A DNA stretch of 64,000 bases, from the NCBI RefSeq assembly GCF_009914755.1, contig NC_060926.1. One strand, given 5' to 3'. Made by a program: the position numbers and the translations under genes. Below, in pieces: positions 43,946-57,884 of the stretch. Numbering within the stretch: the stretch's first letter is position 1; every line of letters begins with the position of its first letter. Below the pieces are notes generated by a model. That model was not told the origin of the DNA, searched no databases, and saw nothing but the letters and a program-made list of their open reading frames with translations. Origin of the DNA: the human T2T-CHM13v2.0 reference genome, Homo sapiens.

Positions 43946-45899
43946 AAATGTCTAATAGACAACTTGTTTAATGAGACCACATAACCTGGTACCAAAACCT
44001 CACAAGGCCAATACAAGAAAGAAACACAGGTCAATCTCTTCTATGACAGATGCAAAACTCCTAAACAAAAGATTAGCAAACTTAATCCAAGGATGCATAA
44101 TAGAATAATACACTAAAACCAAATTGGGTTTATTCTATGACTGCAATATTGCTTTAATGTTTGATTATCAATCAATGTAATTCATGACATTAATAGAATA
44201 AAAGATATCAACTATATCAATTCAGTAGATGCAGAAAAGGCATCAACAATAAAAAAGTTCAACAATTACTCATGACATAAAATAAAACAACAGCAACCTC
44301 ATAACAAATGAGGTATAAAAGTAAACTTCATTAAGCTGATAAAGAGTAGTTACAAAATACCTACAGTAAATGTCTTATTACTTTGAAAGTTTTCCTCCTG
44401 ATACTGGGATCAAGTCAAGGATGCCTATTGTCACCACTGTGATTCACTATTTTTCTGAATGGCCTAGCCACTACAATAAGTCAAGAAAAACAAAAGTATT
44501 AGAATGAAAGAAAAATGATAAAACTGTTATTACTCACAGATGATATGATCATATATGTACAAAATCCAAAAGAATCTTTAGAGAAACCATTAGCATTGCA
44601 TTTCTTTATATAATTTCACTCCTATATATATATCCAATAAAATATGTACATATGTATGCCAAAAGACATTTACAGCAGCATTATTTATAATAGCCAGAAA
44701 ACTGGGAATAATCCAAATGCCCACAACAGTATAATGGAAAAATAAATTGAGATATACTCATGTAATGGTATACTATATAGCAACAAAAAGGAACAAACTA
44801 ATGATAGATGCAAGAATATGGAGAATCTCATAAGCAATATGTTGAATGAAAAAGGCCAGACATAAGGAGTAAATGTTGTATAATAACATTTATATGACAC
44901 TCAGAAACAGACAAAACTAATTTATGAGATCAGAAGTCAGAAGACCAATTACCATTTAGAAAGCAGGGAAGGGTGACTGGGAAGGGCACAAGGGGGGATT
45001 TCTGAGGTGCCAGTAGTGCCTTATTTCTTCATCTAAGTAGACATAACATGGATATAACCATTGTATAAAAATTTATTAAGCTGAGTACTTAAGAATTTTG
45101 TACTTTTCTGTATATATTATACTTCAATAAAATAATTCATAAAGATACTTGTACAAGATACTAAAGAAGAAATCTTTTTTACTTGTACATGCAAATGAAT
45201 GGCTGTTGAATAAGAAGTCTTTGAGAAATACCAGGTTCAATGCCAAAATATTTTTGAGATAAATCAAATTTTGCCAAAAGAGCTATATAATTTAATGAAT
45301 GTAATTCAGTTCAACATTATTCTGAAAGAGAGAAAAATTTTTAAATCTCATCATGTTGTTTTAGTGTTGGAAACTGATAAAAACGTTGAGTATTGGCTGA
45401 CTCTGAGCACACTGGCTATGGGTTAGCCCTGTCCACAAGGAGCAGCAAAAAAATAAGATTTTTTAAAAAAATACTAGCATTGTGAGGAAATAATGGTATG
45501 GAGACTTAAAAATATAGTAAGTCACTGTATATTCTAGGGATTATATAAAATATTTGAAAAGTCTGGGAAAAATTGAACCTCAGATTAAAAGACCTCCTAC
45601 TCTAAGAAAAATATGCCATGGCTATATGCAAAGTAAAACAGGTATAATTTTAAGTGAGATCAGTAAAGCCTAGGAAATTGTAGGTCAGAAATTACACAGT
45701 GCCAAGCAATTATGGAAATATCTTTCCAGGGCCATAAAATCTAATAACAAAAGTTTATGACAGAAAATATTCAAAATCAGACTGAAAATCAGTGGAATCA
45801 GGTCAGCATTATGGAGCGAATGTAAAATGAAGGCATAGCTGCAGATAGAATTTTTTTTGCTTTCATCTTTACTGAAAAATATTTTAGAAAATATCTTAT

Positions 45900-46500
45900 A
45901 TCTAAACTCCCTAGTATCAATTTTCTCACTTCAGTTCTCTTCTGTTCCTTCTCTACAAAATCTCCCCAGGAAATCTCAACTCTTCCCAAGATTTTGACCC
46001 ACCACCTATGTGTGTATATTTTTCCTCAAATCTTTATATCCAGCCACCTCTCTTTTCTGAGCTCCAGAGATTTATTTTTAATGTTCTACTGCTATTTTCA
46101 CTTGAATAACTTAAAGACATAACCTTCAAATGTCAAAAGCTAAACTCATGATCATTTATGGCATACCCAGTTCTTCCTCCATTGTTCTAAATTGCAGTGA
46201 CTTGGCCAACAGTCCTCCTAGTTGGCCAGCCTAGAATAATCTTAGAGTCATTTTCAAGTTCTTCTTCAGCTTCTTCAAGTCATTCTTGAATCCCCACCTC
46301 TCAGTTTCCACTACAATGGTCTCAGAGCAGGCCCCTCATTTTCATTTTCGTAGACTGTTTCAATAGTCTCCCATCTCCCTAACTTCTCTGCGCCTTTCAA
46401 TATGTTCTTCACACTGCTAACAAACTCATCTGTCTAAAATATAAGTCACATCAATCTCATGCTTTAAGACCTCTAATGGTTCTTGTCCCTAACTATAAGA
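45900..46500 (+). mobile_element. L2 fragment
   Basis: 'ctctcttttctgagctccaga', 'aatgtcaaaagctaaactcatgatc' L2 motifs. Confidence 0.6.
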
Positions 46501-47443
46501 TTTCCTTGATATCCTGGCATAGGTGGAATGACTCTGTTAGGCAATAGCCTTTGCAAAGAGATGCTAATCCCAAATCCAACTGTCTCCCTTAATATATAAA
46601 GTATATATTCAACAAGCAGCATAGAAAAGCAGGGAGCATAATCTTGGGCTCAACGTCACAGACCCCAACCGATATTTTCAAAAACTTGTTTAAGAGAAAA
46701 TGTGGATTATTGTCTGAAATGAAGATTATTTACCCTTTCTTATAGTCCAGATAGTCTTAAGTACACTCTTGCATCAATTTAGATCAGCAGTGAGCTGGAT
46801 ACCTATTCTTCATTGTATTGGCTCTCTGAAAGAATGGCTTTTATTGAATTGCACCTAATTGTAATGCGGTCAGCCCATACTGAACATTGTTATAACAAAC
46901 TGCCCTTTGAAACTTACTGTTGCTGTCTACAACACTGCTCCTCCCTCTTTATGAGGTTCTTTGGAGGAAATTCATATATAGTTTTAGTACTAGTATGTCT
47001 CCTAAGCAGTTGGCTTGTTTGTGTCTTATACACATTGAATTGTTGGAAAGGTTGAAGGCAAATTTGTGTCCTGCTCAGAGTCCATGTATACATCATTAAA
47101 GTATGCATCTTTAGCTTCATTAGTAGCTTCAGTCCCACTTCGCTTTTATTTCTTCTATTTACTTTCAAATTATGCTATCCTGGATCCTTATAAACTATCT
47201 TAGAGTCTTTCTGGAACAAGGTGAAATAAAAGGAGATAACTAAATAAATACACAAACATTCAAATAAATAAATACAAAATCCTACTATCTTCTGTTGTTT
47301 TATGCAGTATTCCCAACAGTAGCTGACATCAAAATCATCTTTGAAGTTTTATACATACCCAGATGCCCAGGCTTATTTCAAGACTTACTGAATGAGGATC
47401 TTAAGGGAAGATGCCCAGGCATTAGTATTAAAAAATAAAAACA

Positions 47444-47650
47444 GGCCAGGTGCAGCAGCTCACACCTAAAATCCCAGCACTTTGGGAGGCTAGGATGGGA
47501 GAACTGCTTGAGCCCAAGAGTTTGAGGCTGCAGTGAGCTATGATTGCACCACTGCACTCCAGCGTGGGCAACAGAGTGAGACTCTGCCTATAAATACACA
47601 TATACATACATACATACATACATACATACATACATACATACATACATACA
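47444..47650 (+). mobile_element. FAM/FRAM-like Alu monomer with (TACA)n tail
   Basis: Single ~150-bp monomer followed by a tetranucleotide repeat at ~47600-47650. Confidence 0.85.
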
Positions 47651-47903
47651 CAAGTTGCTCCACAAATGAAACAACTGATAAACTGAATCTCAAAAAAAAA
47701 AAAGAACTTTTGAAAGAAACTTAAGAAAATGAAAAGATAAGCCACCGACAGGAAGAAAATATTTGCAAATCACACCTCAGATAAAGGAATTGTATCCAGA
47801 ATACATGAAGAACTATTGAAACTCAATAATAAGAACACACACAACCCAGTATAAAACACGGAAAGATATGAATTGCCATTTCACCAAAGAAGTTATAAAG
47901 ATA

Positions 47904-48208
47904 GGCTGGGTGCAGTGGCTCATGTCTGTAATCCCAGCACTTTGGGAGGCTAAGGTAGGCAGGTTGTTTGAGCCCAGGAGTTTGGGACCAGCCTGGGCAA
48001 CGTGGTAAAACCCCATATCTACAAAAAATACAAAAAATTACCTGGGTGTGGTGGCGCATGCCTATAGTCCCAGCTACCAGGAAGGCTGAGATAAGAGGAT
48101 CACCTGAGCCTGGGAGGTCAAGGCTGCAGTGAGCCATGATTGTGCCATTACATTCCAGCCTGAGCAACAGAGTGAGGCCCTGTCTCAAAAAAAAAAAAAA
48201 AAAAAAAA
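47904..48208 (+). mobile_element. AluJ
   Basis: tgagcccaggagttt / gaggtcaaggctgcag diagnostics, poly-A tail, tataaagata repeated on both sides. Confidence 0.92.
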
Positions 48209-48286
48209 AGATATAAAGATAGAAAACAAGCACATGAAAGATGTTCAACATCATTAGTTGTTAGGGAATACAAATTAAAACCACAG

Positions 48287-48760
48287 TGCCATGGAGTACT
48301 ATTTAGCCATAAAAAATGAAATCCTGTCATTTGTGACAACATGGACGAATCTGAAGAACATTATGTTAAGTGAAATAAGCCAGACCCAGAAAGACAAATA
48401 CTACATGATCTCACTCATACATAAAAAAAGTTGATCTCATAGAAGTAGTGCATAGAAGAGAATGGGAAGAGGTTGGTCAATGAGTACAAAGTTACCGTTA
48501 GAAAGACTGAGTAAGTTCTGGTGTCCTATTGCACAGTAGGATAACTACAGTTAACAATATGGTATTGTATATCTCAAAATAGCTAGAAGTGAGGATTTTG
48601 AATGTTCCCACCACAAAGAAATGACAAATGTTTGATGTGATGAATATCCTAAGTACCATGATTTGACCATTATACAATATATACATGTATTGAAATATCA
48701 TATTGTACTCCATAAATATGTATAATTATTATGTGTCCATTAAAACTTTTAAAAAATAAT
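48287..48760 (+). mobile_element. L1MA 3' fragment nested in L1MB
   Basis: L1MA 3' UTR; caaattaaaacca repeated at ~48271 and ~48792. Confidence 0.8.
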
Positions 48761-49654
48761 TGTCAATTAAAACTTTTAAAAAACCATAATGCAAATTAAA
48801 ACCATACCTACTAGAAAGTCTAAAATTCAAAAACTGAAGATGCCAACAATTGGTGAGGATGTGGAACAGCTGGAACTCTCTGCAGCTGATAGGAGCGTAA
48901 AATGTCACAGCCATTTTGGAAGACAGTTTGGCAGTTTCTTAAAAAGTTAAACATACCGCTACCATATTGAAAGCATACATCCAAAGACCTGTAGTTGAAT
49001 GTTCACAGCAGCTCTATTTGTAATAGCCCAAAACTGGAAACAACCCAAATGTCTATCTGCAGGTGAATGAATAAACAAATTGTAGTATATCCATAAAATG
49101 AAATCTCACTTATTAATAAAAGGAATAAACTGTTGATACATGCAACAATATGAATGAATCTCAAAATAATTATGCTGAAAGAAGCCAGACAAAAAAAGAA
49201 TATATGGTGTATGAGTCCATTTATATAAAATTCTAATGAATACAAACTGTTCTATAGTGACAAAAGGCAGATCAGTGGTTGCCTGAAGATGAGGGGAGTA
49301 AAAAGAGTGAAAGGGAAGAATCACAAAGGAGCATAAGGAAACTTTAAGGGGTGATGGAGATGTTTATTATCTTGACTGGGGTGATAATTTTATGGGTATA
49401 TATGCATGTCTAACATCAAATTATACACTTGAAATATGCACAGTTTATTGTATGCAATTATACCTCAATAAAGCTGTCTTTAAAAACTGTATAGATGATT
49501 CTGGTAAGGAGGTAAGATTGAGAGCCATTGGACTTTGGGATAAAAACTGAACTCCTAGTATGCAATGCCTTTTACAATATTTCTACCCTATTTCCTTCAA
49601 CTCCACCTGACCCATTCTGTGCTATGGGCACACAGAGCTGCTTACATGCTCTGA

Positions 49655-50037
<383 letters not shown>

Positions 50038-53009
50038 TCCCTTGTCCACTTGTTGAACTTCTTCCCATCCTACAAGAGCCAACTAAAATGTCTCGACCTC
50101 TGAGATGGCCTCCTAACTTCCTTCTGAAAGTTCCTGTGTCTTATGTTGTTCCTGTTATGGTTTGCATAAACACTATTTTCAAACTTACAACACACTGATT
50201 CTATGTTCTTTTTATATCTCAAACTCTACCACTGGCCAGAGCAGCACTGTTCAGCTTTTAAAAACTCTATGCTCTCTTTTGATAAACATAAATGTCTTAA
50301 CCTTTAGTCTCACTGTTGGTTCTGAGAATCTCCGCATCCTCTATATAATATTGCCAGTCCGAAATTTTTGTTCAAGCTTTACTTTCTGTCATTTGTGTTA
50401 TAAAATAACATATTTTTGTTTTCCAAATAAAAGATAATATTTTATCATTGAATATGCTTTTTTCAAGTTATATGTGTTTCTCCCTCCCTTCTGCTGCCTA
50501 GATTTTGGCATACATCCCTCTCTCTCCCAATTGAGAAACACCTCACTAAAGAAGGGGAATGTATCTTTTCCTTCTTTGAATCCCAATGTTGGACACACAG
50601 TAAACTCTCAATGAAGGTTTATAAAATCTAATTGAATTGCAACTATATTTTGAGGGGACAGGCTCAATAGGAAAATAACAGTAAATTCACAAGAAGGTTC
50701 AAAACTAAGCAACAAAATACTTTTAGATAAATCACTGGGATAAACAAGCATCCTCTCAAGAATTTGAAAGACCTAGCAGGAACTGTGAAAATGCTGGAAC
50801 TGTTTTCCAAAACACGTAACCTATCGTATAAATGACTACTTTATGGTAGGATGTATTGCTATGGCCTCCAAACATAAGACATACTTTCAGCAGAGACTCA
50901 GGGAACAACAGATGTTGGAATCTCACTTTCATTCCCACAGTAAAAGGTAGGATGTTAGAGTACTTGGGGTAATTATATTAAGTTGAGAAGAGCCAAAATA
51001 AAATTTCAGAGAAATAAGGCATTGCTTGTCCTGGTTTATTCTGATTCCACTTGAGGCTGAGAAGCAACACAGTGCTTCTATGGTTGAGCAAGGCTGTTCA
51101 ACCCTCTTTGGTGGGGAGGGGTGCCCACACCTCCCTTCTGAGGATAAATCACCATCGATCTCTAGGTGCGTATATCCTTGGGGCAGAGAAGAGGGCTTGA
51201 TGTTGATTAAGCGCCTTGTGAGGAATAAATAGCAGATGCTTTCCATTCTTGAGTGCAAAGAGAGGAGGCAGTTTCACCAAAGTTTTTCAAATCACTTTCT
51301 CAGATGGGCTGAAAATACTGTTTAAAAAAACCCTTAAACCTCACTCAGCCTCAATTTCTAATTCACTGTGTGAGCAAAGGATTTTAAAGCTTAATCTAGT
51401 TTTGTGATACATAAGATCTAAATTATACTTTCATTTCTTTTTCCAAAAAGATTCCAAAAACTAGTTCTTAGAGTCAAGATGCCATCCTCATCTTTGACAT
51501 ATTTCTTAATAATTTATCAAATAGTTAGGGTTCTTGGTATGCAAGGGTGAATAAACACATAATTCCTGTTCTCAGGTTTTTCCTAGTCTTTCCCCTGCCT
51601 ACCTATAACCCCCTCACGGCTGTTTTGTAAACTCCCAGCAATCTAGGGATGTTGTCTTTTATTTTTATTTCTAGCTCTGTGCCCTGCACTCACATTTTCA
51701 GCTATGCACAGCTGTTTATTTCCATCTTGCAGAAGTCACAAATGTATGGTGCCAAAAAGTGATTGGCAGTCGATGATCCTTCGAGTCCTGGGTACAGTAC
51801 CTGGACCAGAGGAGGCTTGGTTCAACACATTTTAGTTTGATGAATGCATATTGCATGTATCACTGTACCCTGAGAGAAACTCCCAGCCACCAAAAGAAGC
51901 TAGTGGAAAGGGTTCTCGTGCAGGTCTTTGAGGGCTGTGACTGCCAGAATACAATCTGGAAGAAAGAGATAGAAGGATTATTCTACTCCTTACCAGAAGG
52001 ATACCCTGTTAATGAACCAAGCTGAACATTATTATCCTCAATTATAGAGAAGTAGGTATTTTTCCTGTTACATGTTTTTCCTTCTAAGCACGTAACTCCC
52101 AAGGACATACTTGGTCTAATCAGAAGTAGGAGCTGAAGTGTAAGAAATGAAAGGCAAAGTCAGGAGGAGAATCACAGTGTTTTAATCAGCCCACACGGTC
52201 TGATTCAAGACACCTGCTGCTTTGTTTAACAACAGCAGTCTTCTCAGGAAAACACATCTTTCTTTGTTTCCTAGCAGTGATGGATAATATATGCACAGCT
52301 TGGAGAACAACATTTATTATGGTAACTAACTTCAGGCAGAATGGAAGCAGTAAAGAAAATAAATAGGTAGTTAGATTCCAGTGTAATGAAGCCCTTTTAG
52401 ACTCTTTAAAACAAAATCCAAAATAAAACAAAACAAAAACCAAACAACATGTGGGACCTGAAAACCGGGCCAAGTAGTCATTTTGCATTCCTCCCTCACC
52501 AAATAAAACCACTTCAGAAATGGATGGAATCTCAGCACAGTTAGAATTGAGCCAACAATAGAAAATTGAAGAACCAGGTCTGTTACAGAATTGGTTTGAG
52601 AAAGGGTATTGCTCTTTGAGCCATTCAGCTTAATTAGTGCTATTTCCCCCCACTCTGTATTATTACTTCAAATCTGCACCACTGGTGGGCACCATAAGAT
52701 CTTGCTGTTTATTTCCTATAGTATTTCCATACTCAATCCCAGTCCAAATGCCAGGACTTGGGTTGGCTCTAAAATGCCATGTAGGTATTTGCTGAGCACG
52801 GGCATTCCATGACTGGTATATATTTGCCATCACACTTGCCTGTCCATATAGCATATGTCACATGTGCCAAATATGTGTACCAGAAATGTTGAATGGGACA
52901 CATATTTGTGGGGTGACTTGGGAAGAGAAAGAGAAGGAAGGGATAGAGTGCCTACTCTCCTGTTCTTTATTTCATTCATTTTTGAGAAGTACTCCAGTAG
53001 CAGTTTGTC

Positions 53010-53290
53010 ATTTCATTCATTCATTCAGCATCATTTATTGAGTGCTTACCCTAGGCACTGTACAGTCACTATGCTAGATTCTAGGAAAACAGACATAAAT
53101 AAGACATATTTTCTGTCCTCAAGAAGTACAGCCTACTTGGGAGGCAGAGAGTCATGTTAACAACAGAAACGAAACAATCTGTGGGATATGTGCAACCAAC
53201 AGAAGCAGGTATAAGATACAAGAGAAGAAAAGAGAAGGGAGCAATCACTTTGCTTGGGGGAACTAGGGAAGCTTCTTGGAGGCAGCAGCG
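53010..53290 (-). mobile_element. L2 3' fragment
   Basis: 'cattcattcattcagcatcatttattgagtgcttac' L2 terminus. Confidence 0.75.
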
Positions 53291-53638
53291 TGTCCCCGAA
53301 ATGAATTATTACAGCCATAGTTCCAGTAAGTGAAGTTGTCACTTGCTTAGATCTTGTTAAGGAGCCCAGGACCCAGGAACTCTCCCTCACCCAGCCACAG
53401 CTCTCTGGGCCAAAGGTGGGCACCTAATCTGAAGCAGTCAGTCCACAGGCAACCTATGTGTGTGTGTATATAAAAGGAGAACTTAGAGCAATGACATTCC
53501 CTCAGGACTGGGAAATGCAGAGAGAATTGGGTAGCCCAGAAAGCCTTTCCTTCCCCTCTTTTCAGTGTTCATCCTTCAAACTGTTTCATCCTTCAAACTG
53601 CAGCTAAGTATCACTTTCTTATTAAGAAGTCTGGCTTG

Positions 53639-54268
53639 CATATACAAAAGAATGAAACTGGACCTGTATCTCGCACCATATTAAAAAATCAACTCAAGAT
53701 GGATTAAAGACTTAAACGTAAGACTTGAAACTATAAAAATACTAGAATAAAACCCAGGGAAAACTCTTCTGGACATTTGAATAGGCAAAGAATTCATGAC
53801 TAAGACTTCAAAAGCACAAGCAACAAAACCAAAAATAGACAAATGGGATTTAATTAAACTAAAAAGCTTCTACACAGCAAAAGAAATAATCAACAGAGTG
53901 AGCATACAACCTACAGAATGGGAGAAAAGATTTGCTAACTATGTATCCAACAAGGTACTAATATCAGAATCTAGAAGGAACTCAACAACAACAGCAAAAC
54001 AACTCAACTAAAAACTGGGCAAAGTGGGCAAAGGCCAAGAATAGACATTTTTCAAGAGAAGACATCCAAATGGCCAAGCAGCATATGAAAAAATGCTCAA
54101 CATCACTAATCATTAGAGAAATGCAAATTAAAACCACAATGAGATATTGTCTTATACCAGTCAGAATTTTAAAATTCTATTATATTATTAAAAAGACAAA
54201 AAATAATGAATGTTGGCAAAGGTGGGCCAAAGTTGGCCACCTAATCTGAAGCAGTCAGTCCACAGGCA

Positions 54269-54313
<45 letters not shown>

Positions 54314-55462
54314 TGTGTTTGTGTGTGTGTGTAATATATAAAAGGACAACCTGGAGCCATCACATTCCCTCAGGAATGGAAAATGGAGAGAGAAATGGGC
54401 AGTTAGTCCAAAAAAGCCCTTCCTTCTCCTTTCCAGTGTTAATTCATCCTTCAAACTGCAGCTAAGTGTCACTTCCTTATTAAAAGAAGGAGCAAAGGAA
54501 ATGCTTATACACTCCTAGTGGGAATGTAAATTAGTACAACCTCTATGGAAAACAGTATGGGGGTTTCTCAAAGAGCTAAAGATAGAACTGCCATGTGATC
54601 CAGAAATCCCACTCCTGGGTATCTACTCAAAGAAAAAGAAATAATTACATCAAAAAGATACCTGGCCAGGCACAGTGGCTCATGCATGTAAACTCAGTGC
54701 TTTGGGAGGCTAGGCAGGAAAATCACGTGAGGCCAGGAGTTCAGGACCAGCCTGGACAATATGGCAAGACTCTGTCTCTACAAAAAAAAAAAATTAAAAA
54801 GGAAATTAGCCAGGTGTCATGGTACACACTGTAGTCCTAGCTACTTGGGAGGCTAAGGTGGGAAGATTAGTGAACCCAGGAGTTCAAGGCTGCAGTGAGA
54901 CATGTTCGCACCACTGCACCACAGTCTGGGAAACAGAGGAAGACTCTGTCTCTAAAAAAAAAATTTTAATAAATAAATAATCTTTTAAAACATAGCTGTA
55001 GTCATATGTTTATTGCAGCTCTATTCGCAACAGCAAAGAAATGGAATCAAACTAAGTGTTCATCAGCAGATGACTGGATAAAAAAAGTATAAGTATATAT
55101 ACACAATGGAATACTATTCAGCCATAAAAAAGAATGAAATAATGTCTTTTGCAGCTATATAGATAGAACTGGAGGCCATTATCTTAAGTGAAATGACTCA
55201 GAAAGAGACAAATACCACATGTTCTCACTTAGAAGTCTGAGCTAAATAATGTGTACACCTTGGCATAAAGTGTGGAATGACAGACATTGGTGGCTTGGAA
55301 GGGTGGGCAGGTTTGGGTGCTGGATGATGGGAAATTACTTAATGGGTACAATGACCATTATTTAAGTGATGGAGACACTAAAATTCCAGACTTCACTACT
55401 ATGCAATATATCTATGAAACAAAATTGCACTTGTACCCCTTAAATTTATACAAATCAAAAGA
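53639..55462 (+). mobile_element. 5'-truncated L1MA2/3-like element containing a flank copy and an AluJ
   Basis: ORF2 C-terminal sequence ([18 protein letters not shown]) and L1MA 3' UTR; degenerate TSD aagaagtctggcttg at 53624-53638 vs aaaaagtttagcctg at 55463-55477. Confidence 0.88.
54664..54975 (+). mobile_element. AluJ inside L1MA
   Basis: J-type Alu body; degenerate TSD aaaagatacctg / aaaacatagctg. Confidence 0.9.
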
Positions 55463-56102
55463 AAAAAGTTTAGCCTGATTTCCCTGACTTAGCCAAATCC
55501 CAGTACCAAATCTCCAGCACCGTTTCACATTTGCAGTGTTGCTTTTGTTTGTGTAACCTTTATTCATTGGATTAGCACCTAATTCCTTTTTACATCATTA
55601 ACTCCATGAGGGCAATGAGCATGTCTCTTCTCTCATCATTGTATATCTAGCATCTGGCACTGTACTTGAGACATATGGTCAATAAATATTTGTCGTGTGA
55701 ATGAACAAAAGTGTATCAATGAGGGCAAGCAGGAAAAAGTCAAGGAAGGGTGGGGTACTCTGAGCAGCCAGTATCATCAAGAAGGTCCCAGGAAAGGACC
55801 TCTGAAGCAGTTAGAAGGGCATTCAAAGGAAGAGAGAAGGGGTCCCAAAGACAAATTTTGGCCCAAGACTAAAATAATGTTGCCTTAGGTCAGCTGGCAT
55901 ATGAAATTCCTTTTGAAAATAATGAAACATGCCTGCACTTAATAGCAGAATTTGGGCATAAGAGAATGTGGGTCCAAAAAAGCTCTTATTCTTTCTATAA
56001 TGTTAATAATAGAGATTACAAATAAGAGTCACCAACATGTGAAAGACAACTCTTCAAAGATGATTTTAAAATTCTGAACTTTTGAAAAAATATCTCTAGC
56101 TG

Positions 56103-56104
<2 letters not shown>

Positions 56105-56134
<30 letters not shown>
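56105..56134. repeat. (GT)15 microsatellite
   Basis: Read directly. Confidence 0.95.
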
Positions 56135-56138
<4 letters not shown>

Positions 56139-56369
56139 ATGAAACTTCTAGAGGGAAATTCTGACAAAGATCTTGCTGTAATAAAGAAAGACAGTGAAGA
56201 AACAAGTCAAAATTTAGGCCCAATTACTCAATACAAATTTAGCAATCTGAGATGTTTTAAGATGATTATATTCTTATAAATTTAAAATCACAACCCATGT
56301 ATACAACTGTATTGTAGTACTTGAATTCAAATCTAAGTATTGAAACTATATGAGGAACCAATGTTATGT

Positions 56370-56570
56370 TTGGGACACAGGCTTTAAAATTGGCAAACCT
56401 GGGTATAAATCCTAATGCTTTAAGTTGGTTTCATCTCTGAAAACTTCAGTTTCTTAATATGGACCATGAAAATAATCATGCTACCTCATAAAGTTGTAAA
56501 GATTAAATGAAACAATATATACAGAGCTTGGCTACGCTTACGCTATGAGAGTTCAATAAATGACAATTAC
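56370..56570 (+). mobile_element. MIR fragment
   Basis: 'cttcagtttcttaatatgg..aataatcatgctacctcataaagttgtaaagattaaatga'. Confidence 0.65.
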
Positions 56571-57569
56571 TGTTAAACAAATGAAACTATCTCCTTCAAA
56601 CATTAAAAAATATTTCTTAAAAGTCTTTCTCCATTGGTTTTGCTCTTTAATTACACTGAGTTGGTTTTTTCCCTCAACCACAAGAAGAATATTTAAACAT
56701 ATTCTTCCTAGTCAAAGCTAGTGAAAATATGTTCCATAGGCAGAGAGGAGAGAAAATGTCTTTTTTGTTCCCAGGTTCTTTTCACACCAGAGGAGTTACT
56801 CCTCCTTCCTCCCTTCTCCCCCTCTGCTTCTTTTGTACACACCTAGGCTGGCTACTTAGCATGAATTCACATTCACTGCTTTTCCCTTTCTCTGGTGTGG
56901 AGAGCTGAACTCATTCATTATTGAAGAAGGGTAGTGTCATTTTTTTTTAGTCACTACTTTGAAAGGATACTACATTGGCATTTATAAATTAAGAACGTGT
57001 AAATATTATATTATATACATTTACTTTTCTGCTTTAATATTTATAAAGTTTTCATGTAACACTCCAGCAGATAATTTTTTCCCTAGAGGGCCATATTTTA
57101 GGAAAGGTTTAGGAAATATGATAAACCCTCTCTGTTCTTCTCTTTATTATATTCTATATTTTATTGTTGTTGGTTAGCTGAAAATCAGGCATCTTATAAA
57201 TGCATGCAGTCTTCAACTTAACTGAAGCAAAACAACCACTACAATTTTCTTAGATTCACTTTCTGTCTCCAAATTGGAGGCTTACAAGTTTTAAATTAGG
57301 TCATCTGGAGAAACCTGATTTAACATCTAGTTTTTATATGATTGTGCAGCAAGACAAAGATATTTTTTAAAAGACTTTATTAAGACGGTATGATCACAAT
57401 AACAACTGATACATTTTTACTATGAAAAAGAGAGTACACATTTGGTAGCATAGCTTCATGTATTGCAAACAAGATTAACCACACTGACATGGCTCAGCTA
57501 AACTTTTAAAAAAGAGTTATGTGTTTTCCACAGATAAATTCCTCATTCAAAATATTTATGATTCTCTTT

Positions 57570-57884
<315 letters not shown>

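Larger units (their letters stand above)
40980..45131 (+). mobile_element. Old sense-strand L1M (endonuclease region to 3' end), multiply interrupted
   Basis: ORF2 motifs 'atggaaccttgaccaaaatggaccatattctgg', 'gatgcagaaaagg', 'aggatgcctattgtcacc'; 3' end acttcaataaa. Confidence 0.8.
47655..49475 (+). mobile_element. L1MB 3' element, with nested AluJ and L1MA pieces, that splits a MER5 element
   Basis: Sense L1 3' motifs ending tacctcaataaagct; MER5-like halves at ~47307-47430 and ~49490-49530. Confidence 0.8.

Noticed and set aside
47823-48254. Longest ORF (143 aa) and similar ORFs at 1996, 30321, 49725 and 59206
   Set aside because: Antisense Alu translations (LECSG/SASQ motifs), not genes
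52677-52692. CTCF-like motif ccactggtgggcac (and cctccagatgggcag near 35932)
   Set aside because: Mismatches at core positions; not supportable without ChIP data
53796-54011. ORF with [13 protein letters not shown]
   Set aside because: Degenerate L1 ORF2 C-terminal remnant
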